Source of the DNA: Chrysomallon squamiferum
Lineage: Eukaryota > Animalia > Mollusca
Direction: 5' to 3'
DNA length: 64,000 nucleotides
Assembly: GCA_012295275.1 (NCBI GenBank)
Contig: CM022677.1
Coordinates: forward strand, 14,446,001-14,510,000
The notes below the pieces were generated by a model that did no database searches, was not told the DNA's origin, and was given only the letters and a program-made list of their open reading frames with translations. Positions 54,579 through 64,000 of the stretch are shown piece after piece. Position 1 is the first letter of the stretch, and each line of letters starts with the position of its first letter. The position numbers were made by a program, and so were the translations under genes.

Positions 54579-56953
54579 GTAACAAGCAATAATTAAATCA
54601 AATATATGTAATTTTTCTTTTCAACAAATTATGTAGGTGGGCATGTTATTTCCTGTGAGGCATTTATGCATCTGTTCTAAGATGACAATAAATAACAATC
54701 TCTATATTGTGAGTTAAGCTGTTGTCACTAAATAATCTGAGGAATAAAATTACTTCTCTGCCTAAGAAGTGAAGAATGACTCAAATAATAAAATATTTAT
54801 TTAATGATTTCTCTAAAATTCTGTTGTTAATGATTTGGTGGAACTTTAAGGCCAATGAATTACATTAGGTTTATTGAACCATTAAACAGCACATTTCTAA
54901 TGTTATAATGTATATTTGTTATTCCATTTATACAAAACAATTTTTTTTTAGTGCTTATGTTTATGGTGCCTGGTCTGCAACATGTGGATCTGCTACACAG
55001 ACTGCTATAAGGTTATTTAACAATCTAGCTGATTATCCATGCCTGATATATGTATAACATTATGGTATATGTTTGTTTGTTTTGGGTTTTTTTTTTGTGG
55101 AAAGATGTATATTAGAAAAATATTTTTAGTTGTTTGTTTAAAAGGGTGCCACTTCATATTTTAGAAACAGGGTTTCTTTTTCATTATCTCTGTAGTTAGT
55201 TCCCTTTTAAGATATTAAAAATAGTAACAAAAACACATGCTGTGTATGTTCTTAAATAAAATATTTTTTCTTTATTTTAGATTTGGTCTGTTTTAGCAAT
55301 TAGTGACCAGCTTGAAGTAAGTCTTTATTAAATCAACAAATATAATGTACTTTACCAGACCAGTTGATTTAATATTTTGTTAAGATGCTATAAAGCATCT
55401 TTTTACAATGTAAATATACTGTCCTAGTTATCAATATTTTATTTAATTCCTTTACAGGTCTTTCCTTTACTAATACAGAAACTTTTCTTGCTACTTAACT
55501 TTCAGCCTGAAGAACATCTCATCAGACTGATGAACAAGATCATCAAAACATGGATTCTAGACCTTAACAATGTGACAGGGTAATAACTTAATGAATAAAA
55601 AAACACACAAAAACACACACATTACACTCTTATGTTATAATTAAACAATTAACAGATATTTTGAATTTATTTCAATATTTTATTTACAGAATTTACAACA
55701 ATTTCAATAATGTAAAATGCTACTTGCACTATATTTTATGTTTAGTTTATTAATGAATATTATAATTTGTTGTAGGATCCTAGACAACAGATTCAAGCTG
55801 CCTTAGCCAGCACTTCAGTTGAAAATGTTGTAAGACCCATTTTCTGAATTTTGTTATCCTGCTCATTTTATTTGAAGAATAAGAATTATTTTTGTTATTA
55901 TTATTGTATGTTTGTGTGTAATTATTTTATTATTATAATTTTAATTTAAATTTTGATTTACTAATTAATTAATTAATTTATTAATTTATAGTATTAATAT
56001 TTTCAATCTTAACTGCATCTTCATCGTTCTAGTTATTTTTCTACATTCTAATAATTCAAATTCGTTTATTTTATTAATTATTTATTATTATTATTATTGT
56101 TATTATTATTTTTTTACAAGCTAGTTACAATTCTTTTTTTTTATTATTATATTTCTTCTTTCATGTTTCTTGTTATACATATATACATATATATTTATAT
56201 ATTTTTCCTCTTTTGTTATTTCCACAGAGCTGACATGGGTTTCAAATCATCAAAAATGAAACGGCAGTCAGCACCAACAACACCAGTACCACCATTAGAC
56301 CCGAGACAAACTGAAATCAACACACCAACCACTAAAAACTCAAACTCCTGTGCCAAGAAACATCCAGACACACTAGAAAAGAAACCAGAAACACCACCAC
56401 CCATACCCAGTGGTTTTCAGTAAAAAATAATGTCTAAGAAAGAAAGTGAACAAACTGCTGAAACAATTCTGACAAAAGAAAAGAAATTAGTTTCAAAACT
56501 TTCTTTCTGTAAGGGTGACAGCATGGAAGATGTGCATCCACACACGCAGAAAAAGTTTGATCATGTCTGATCTTCTTGTGAAACTGGAGTTTTTGTTGAA
56601 AGCAGCCAGACCAAGACTTAAACTGCCACAAGCTTTACAACTCAATCACTTAGTCAGATTTTAAAATGTTTAAAAAATATTCAGGTAATTATGTCTGTAA
56701 ATATGTCTTAGTCTATCTGTCTGTCTCTCTTTCTGTCTGCCTCACTATTTATTTATTTTATTTGTATCTCTCTCTGCTTTTCTATTTGTCTTTCCTCAAA
56801 AATGTGTTCTAACACAACAGTGATCTTCCTTAGCCTCACCACCAACAAAACAGACACTGAGAGTGCTGTGAGTAATCTTAATTATAACTGTTATAAAATG
56901 TTTTAGAATAATAATAATAATAATAATAATAATTAATAATAGTACTAATAATA

Positions 56954-56984
<31 letters not shown>

Positions 56985-58418
56985 AACCCAATAACAAGAA
57001 ATTATTTTTATATTTATTTGTGTATAACTGTGAAAAACATATACTTATTTTCTTTTCTTCTTCATTTTCTACTTCTTCTTCATCATCTTCTTCTTCTTAT
57101 TATTATTATTACTGTTGTCATTATTATTATTATTATTGTTATTGTTATTGTTATTATTATTAATAGTATTCTCCAGTAGTATCAGTTAACTACTAATATT
57201 GCTACTTCTGCTCCTACCACTGTTATTCTGTTACTGAAAAAAATAGTTACTGACAGTGACTTTCAACACACTAAAGCTATTACCAATAACTATTATATAT
57301 CTGTTACTGCTATTTCTACTGTTGTTACTTATACTATATATGTTAATTATATTATTTTTACTACCATTATTACATCTACTACTACTACTACTGCTACTAC
57401 TACTACTACTACCACTGTGATGGCTCCAGTTATTTACTACCTCTTCTTGTTGTATTTACTACTACTATACAACCTAAGCTAATTCTACTACAGTTACAAC
57501 TAGTACTAATACTACAACTATTACCATATTACTACTACTAGTACTGTTAATACTAAAACTATTACTACTTCTAGTATTGTTACCACTAATAGCACAACTA
57601 CAAATTCTGCTGCCACTGTTACTACTACTACAACAACAACTACTACTACTACAACTACTTATTACTACTACAGCTGCTACTACTGCTACCACTGCTGTTG
57701 TTACTAATGTTACTAATACTAAACCTACTACAACTACTGCTGTGTCAACTACTACCACCCACAGTACCACTGTTACTACTAGTTCTATTGCTAGTATTAC
57801 TACAACTACTACTACAGCTGTTGATATTATTACTATTGTTAAAACATGATGATGTCTTCTACTAACTACATTTTAATAATAACAAATACATTATTTTCTG
57901 CTTATGTAGATTCTACATATTGTAAATTACTATTATTATTATTATTATTATTATTACTATTATTATTTGTTATTATTTGTTTTAATGACCAGCTGGGATC
58001 ACTAAATCATGTACTCAGTTTTTGTCTGCTGTTTTCAATCATCTTTTCATCTGAATAATGCAAAAGTTAACAACCAAACACTTACTGTTGATGGTTAATT
58101 TAGATTTGTTTATTATTATATGATATTAATCTCTCTCTCTCTCTCTGTATATATATAAATCTTACATACACACACTTGTACTTCATTTTCTAACTATTTA
58201 GATTTGACAAATTTCTCATTATATTTTTTTCTTCTTTTTTTTTTTCTTTTTCTGCTGATACTTAAAATACAGTTGCCAAGTTTCTTGATATTATTTTTCA
58301 TTTACTTCAGATATTCCAGAATCCAAACCAGACCCAAGTTCTCTGCAGGAATTAAGTCTGAACTCCACTTGTTTTTAGGTATGTGTATTAAATATGTAAA
58401 AACTGCTTGTTTCTTCCT

Positions 58419-58521
<103 letters not shown>

Positions 58522-59609
58522 GCACATACTTTCTCTCATTATATTTTTGTTTTCTATTTTTTTCTTTATCCATAATTATCAACCTCATTCTACTTAACAC
58601 TCTCTCTTTCTTTCTCATTCATTCTTTGTCATTCTATTGGTGTCTGTGTCTGGCATCTCAGTGTATTTGTCATCTGTTGTTGGTATTTAGGGTTATTTGG
58701 TGTTTGTTTCTGAGTTTCTGTCTGTCTGTGTATGCGTGTCTCTGTAAATGTACTTGCTAGCTTTTTCTCTGTGTGTTTCAGTAACTGTTGTGGTATGTTT
58801 ATGAAAGATGAATGATTTTTTTGATTTTTTCATTTTTAATCAAGATGAATCAAATCAAAGTTCTGTTGAAAGGCTCACGTATGGCATGAATGAAGCTGAT
58901 GGACTCACAAAGAAACTGTCCACAGAGAAATTTGAAATATGTCAGTTTAAGAAAAGCAGAACTAAACTCTAGTACTTTTGGACAATTGCCTTTGTTGACT
59001 CAGCAAGCAACCATTAACTTAGATGGGTTAAGAACAGCTGGCACAGATGCAGTGAAAGCCATTTGTGGTCAGTAGTAGCCAGTTGATTCTTTAAAAGTAA
59101 CCATTACTGATTTTAATTTTGGAAATGTTTTTAACTAATTAATGTAATTTGATTATTTCTGCATTAAGAATATAAATATACACACACACAGATAACCATT
59201 AATTTCCATATAATATAAATTCAGTTTATAAACCAAGTTTCTTGATTAATCTAATTTTAGAAACTATACCAGTCATGTGACACCTTTAAGTGTTGGCTGA
59301 TGCAGGCCTTGACCCTGTCTGTCAAGCAATCAGAAATCCTGCTCACATGCTAGAGCTTAGTTAATAACTCAGTTTGCGGAGTCCATGTTGAAACATAAGA
59401 AACGTCCACTCAGTGTTCTTGATTTATCTGATATTCGGTATGTTGTTTCTACTTATCATAGTTACAACTAATCTTCTCTTTTTTGTGGTTCATTATCTGT
59501 TCTTGTTTGTTTCTGGTATATGATTTTTATATTATTATAATTATGTAAAGAATACTTTCTTAGATGTTATTTTAATTCTGGAGAGAAATCTGACAATATT
59601 ATTTCCAGA

Positions 59610-59665
59610 TATATGTGTGAGTGAGTGTTTATCAGCAATAGTGATAATTACTACTACTCAGATAA

Positions 59666-59705
<40 letters not shown>

Positions 59706-59744
59706 CTGTATGTATCAGCAATAGTGATAATTACTACTACTCAG

Positions 59745-59793
<49 letters not shown>

Positions 59794-60224
59794 TGACTGT
59801 ATGTATCAGCAATAGTGAAAATTGCTACTCAGGTAATGTGTCTGAGTGAGTGTATCAGCAATAGTGATAATTGCTACTACTTGGATAAGTGTGTGTCTGC
59901 ATGTACAAGTGTGTGTGTGTGAGAGTGAGTGAGTGTTTGTATCAGCAAAAGTGAAAATTGCTACACAGGTACTAGTGTGTCTATGAGTGAGTGTATGAGT
60001 AATAGTGATAATTGCTACTATTCAGATAGTGTGTGTGTCAGTGAGTGGGTGTGTATATCAGCAATAGTCAAAATTGTTACTATTCAGATAGTAGTGTGTT
60101 TGTGAGTGAGTGTGTGTGAGTGACTGGGTGTATGAACAATAGTGAAAATTGCTACTCAGGTAATAGTGTATGTGTGAGTGAGTGTGTGTGTATCAGCAAT
60201 AGTGATAATTGCTACTACTCAGAT

Positions 60225-60265
<41 letters not shown>

Positions 60266-60810
60266 GGTGAGTGAGTGTGTGTGTATCAGCAATAGTGGTA
60301 ATCGCTACTACTCAGATAACAGTGTGTGTGAGTGTATCAGCAATACTGATAATTTCTACTGAGATAGTGTGTATGTGTGTGTAAGTGAGTGTGAGTGTGT
60401 CAGCAATAGTGTTAACCGCTATGACTCAGATAATAGTGTGTGTGTGTGTGCATGAGTGAATGAGTGATCATTGCTTCTCAGGTAATGGTACTGTGTGTGA
60501 GTGAGTTTTGTGTATCATGAATAGTGATGATTGCTACTCAGATAATCTGTGAATGTATGTGAGTGTGTGATTGACTGAGTGTTTGTTTATCAGCAGTAGT
60601 GAAATTGCTACTGCTCCGATAATAGTTTGTATTTGTGTGAATGAGGGAGTGTATATATATCAGCAATAATCAGATAATAGTGGGTGTTTCTGAGTGTATC
60701 AGCAATAATGATACTTGCTACTGAGATAATTTGTGAGTGTGTATGTGTGAGTCGGTGAGTCTGTGTGTGTATATCAGCAATAGTACTCAGATAATTGTGT
60801 GTATGTGTGT
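59610..60810. repeat. Same satellite family as 29557-30600 in opposite orientation; another unit at ~62740
   Basis: GTGTATCAGCAATAGTGATAATTGCTACTACTCAGATAATAG with GT spacers. Confidence 0.92.
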
Positions 60811-61415
60811 GGTGTCGTCCCATATTGTCAAAATTAATACAGAAATAACAACCTGACCCTACCTTGCTGCTGAATGGATTAGCCCAATGCTGTAAATGTA
60901 TTATTTGTTTTGTGTCTTGTTTGATCTTTTATTTCTTGAAAATTTGTTAATTCTTCTTTGTTTCACAAATTGATTTGTTTAACCTATTAATCCAATCTTC
61001 TCTGTCAGTTACAAACAGTCAAATCTTGTGCTATCTTTTCAGGACAATTGGTTAATCTTCCTTTGTTTTACATAGTTTTCTTTAGACTATTGATCAAATC
61101 TTCCTTGGCTTGTTTAACATTTTCAATTGCATCCCATGACATTCTCCTCTTGACATTCTCCCTTTTGTGTTTGCGTCATTGCCGGGTTCCATTCAAGGCT
61201 CAACAGATCTCTACCCCACCAGCACCCAACATCTACAAGTTTGTAGACCTCATCCAAGGAATTGAGAAGGCAGAGCAGGCCAAAAGGATTCAGATCCAGT
61301 TTGGAGGTGTAGGACGTCTCAAGAGACAGTTGTAGGCTGGAGACAAGACACTTCTCCAGTACCTCGATGCAGTTGCGCACCTCGTCAAACTTGAACTTCG
61401 TAACTCAGTTGATTA

Positions 61416-62556
61416 CAGTATCCCTGAATATAGTGCTTGAACTTTGAATAATACTATCCCTGAATATAGTGCTTGAACTTTGAATAATACTATCCCTGAA
61501 TATAGTGTTTGAACTTTTGAATGAAATAGTGTTTGAACTTTGAATATGAATATAGTTTGAACTTTGAATAATACTATCCCTGAATATAGTGCTTGAACTT
61601 TGAATAATACTATCCCTGAATATAGTGCTTGAACTTTGAATAATACTATTCCTGAATATAGTGCTTGAACTTTGAATAATACTATCCCTGAATATAGTGC
61701 TTGAACTTTGAATAATACTATCTCTTTGAATAATACTGTCTCTGAATATAGTGCTTGAACTTTGAATAATACTATCTCTGAATATAGTGCTTGAACTTTG
61801 AATAATACTATCTCTGAATATAGTGCTTGAACTTTGAATAATACTATCTCTGAATATAGTGCTTGAACTTTGAATAATACTATCCCTGAATATAGTGCTT
61901 GAACTTTGAATAATACTATCCCTGAATATAGTGCTTGAATTTTGAATAATACTATCCCTGAATATAGTGGGCTTGAATTTTGAATAATACTATCCCTGAA
62001 TATAGTGGGCTTGAATTTTGAATAATACTATCTCTGAACATAGTACTTGAACTCTGAATAATACTATCTCTGAACATAGTACTTGAACTTTGAATAATAC
62101 TATCTCTGAATATAGTGCTTGAACTTTGAATAATACTATCTCTGAATATAGTACTTGAACTCTGAATAATACTATCTCTGAACATAGTGCTTGAACTCTG
62201 AATAATACTATCTCTGAACATAGTGCTTGAACTCTGAATAATACTATCTCTGAATATAGTGCTTGAACTCTGAATAATACTATCTCTGAATATAGTGCTT
62301 GAACTCTGAATAATACTATCTCTGAATATAGTGCTTGAACTTTGAATAATACTATCTCTGAACATAGTGCTTGAACTTTGAATAATACTATCTCTGAATA
62401 TAGTGCTTGAACTTTGAATAATACTATCTCTGAATATAGTGCTTGAACTCTGAATAATACTATCTCTGAACATAGTACTTGAACTCTGAATAATACTATC
62501 TCTGAACATAGTGCTTGAACTTTGAATAATACTATCTCTGAACATAGTGCTTGAAT
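61416..62556. repeat. 33-bp minisatellite, about 34 copies
   Basis: Unit TACTATC(C/T)CTGAA(T/C)ATAGTGCTTGAACT(T/C)TGAATAA; explains ORF 61952..62545. Confidence 0.97.
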
Positions 62557-63169
62557 GTTAAATACACAAATTCAACTTGTTTTGTTTTCCTCTGTGGCTG
62601 GTACATGGGATTTGACAGGATGGGATGACACTCAACCCTGTGGCCTAGTCCACTGTCTTATTTGAGTACCGTGAATGGGATTAGTGATTTATTTATGACT
62701 TCCACAAGATGGATAGAACCATGTGTGTGTGTATGAGTGCATGTGTGTATCAGCAATAGTAATAATTTCTACTCTGATAATAGGGTGGCTGTGTGTGAGT
62801 TAAGAAATATTTGGTTATCAGTTTATATGTTTAAATGCTTTGTACAAAATACTCAGGCCTGTTTTATTTAAATTTAAGATTGAAACTGATGGTGCCCTTA
62901 GTCTTTGTTTATACCACCAAGGGTCACTACTCTGAGTTAAAGAGCTTGTATACTGGTGGAAACTCATTAGGTAAGCTTGACATAATAAATTATTTTTATA
63001 TTTTTCAGTAAAAAAAAAATGCTAATTTTTATAAAATTAAATTAGATTTTAATACAAAATAATTAGCACCAAAACTATCAGCAGCAATATGTAATGTGGT
63101 GGTGATAGTAGAAACTGTGATGTTGTAATAGTAGCATCAGCATCAGCAGTAGTAATAAATAAATAAATA

Positions 63170-63242
63170 GTCTAAACCTAACCCTTACCCTAGTCTTAAC
63201 CCTAACACTAATCCTAACCCTAACTCTAACCTAAGCTAATCC
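63170..63242 (-). repeat. Degenerate telomere-like (CCCTAA) tract
   Basis: CTAAACCTAACCCTTACCCTAG...AACCCTAAC...CCTAACCCTAACTCTAACCTAA. Confidence 0.7.
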
Positions 63243-63628
63243 AATGGTAAAAATAAGAAAAACAGGAATACTAAATAAAAGGTTTTATTATTGTTAATGT
63301 TGTTGTTGCACTGTTTTCATTTTAAATTATTTATATAAACTTAATTAATTTTAAGGTTTCACTGTCAAGAAGTCAGGGGAGAAAATTGAATCATCTTGTA
63401 ATTGTCTCTTCAGCTTCCTGATTTAACTGACAGCACTTGGAGGACATCCTGGTAAACAGTTATAGTTATTTTTTTATTTTAACATTTATATGATTCATAT
63501 TTATTGAAATTTATCATATCATTTATTTATTTATTTATCTTCCTCTAGGAATGCTGGGTAATATGAAGTGCTGTCCAGCCAAAGTATATGTATGTGCTGT
63601 ATTCTGTGTTTGAAGATTTTTGTTTTTT

Positions 63629-63682
<54 letters not shown>

Positions 63683-63806
63683 TTTTTGATAAATATTTTT
63701 AAACAGTTATTATTATAACAAATACACACACACATATGAATGTATTTTGAATCTATATGAAGCTATGTATGTATTTAGAAATAAAAGAACAAGAAAATAG
63801 TTATTA

Positions 63807-63853
<47 letters not shown>

Positions 63854-64000
63854 TGTGTGTGTGTGAGAAAGAGAGGAGGAGAGAACTTAATAAATATGAA
63901 ATGATTAACATGAAATAACATTTCTCATTACTTAACATGTATATCTCAACTTTTGTATCCAGTTTTAATATCAACTTTTACATTAATTTCTGAAACTTAC

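Overview
This window is AT-rich eukaryotic (animal) genomic DNA, dense in microsatellites and minisatellites. The host is probably a mollusc or other lophotrochozoan; that is an inference from gene and repeat content. There is one 200-N scaffold gap (43957-44156), and most ORFs in the supplied track are translations of simple repeats. Real coding content: two MCC-like exons; an apparently intact two-exon RING/coiled-coil/NHL-like (TRIM-like) gene on the minus strand; and disrupted gene pieces (two CAMSAP/Patronin fragments, two inverted copies of an LRR gene, TSP1 exons). The stand-out is a nested block at 22.2-28.5 kb. A Ginger/KRBA2-like DDE integrase element abuts a decayed piggyBac (PGBD4-like) transposase, which is split by a ~3.07-kb, nearly intact endogenous ssDNA-virus segment (~25312-28386). 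That segment reads, all on +: a 5'-truncated capsid-like C-terminus with a polyA signal; a ~200-nt intergenic region holding a TATT/AC-bearing hairpin, four ACGT boxes at exact 14-nt spacing and a TATA box; a ~730-codon parvovirus-NS1-like HUH endonuclease/SF3 helicase broken only by two -1 frameshifts; then polyA signals. This permuted order suggests integration of a circular or concatemeric parvo-like genome. All family assignments come from motif recognition by eye; no database search was run.
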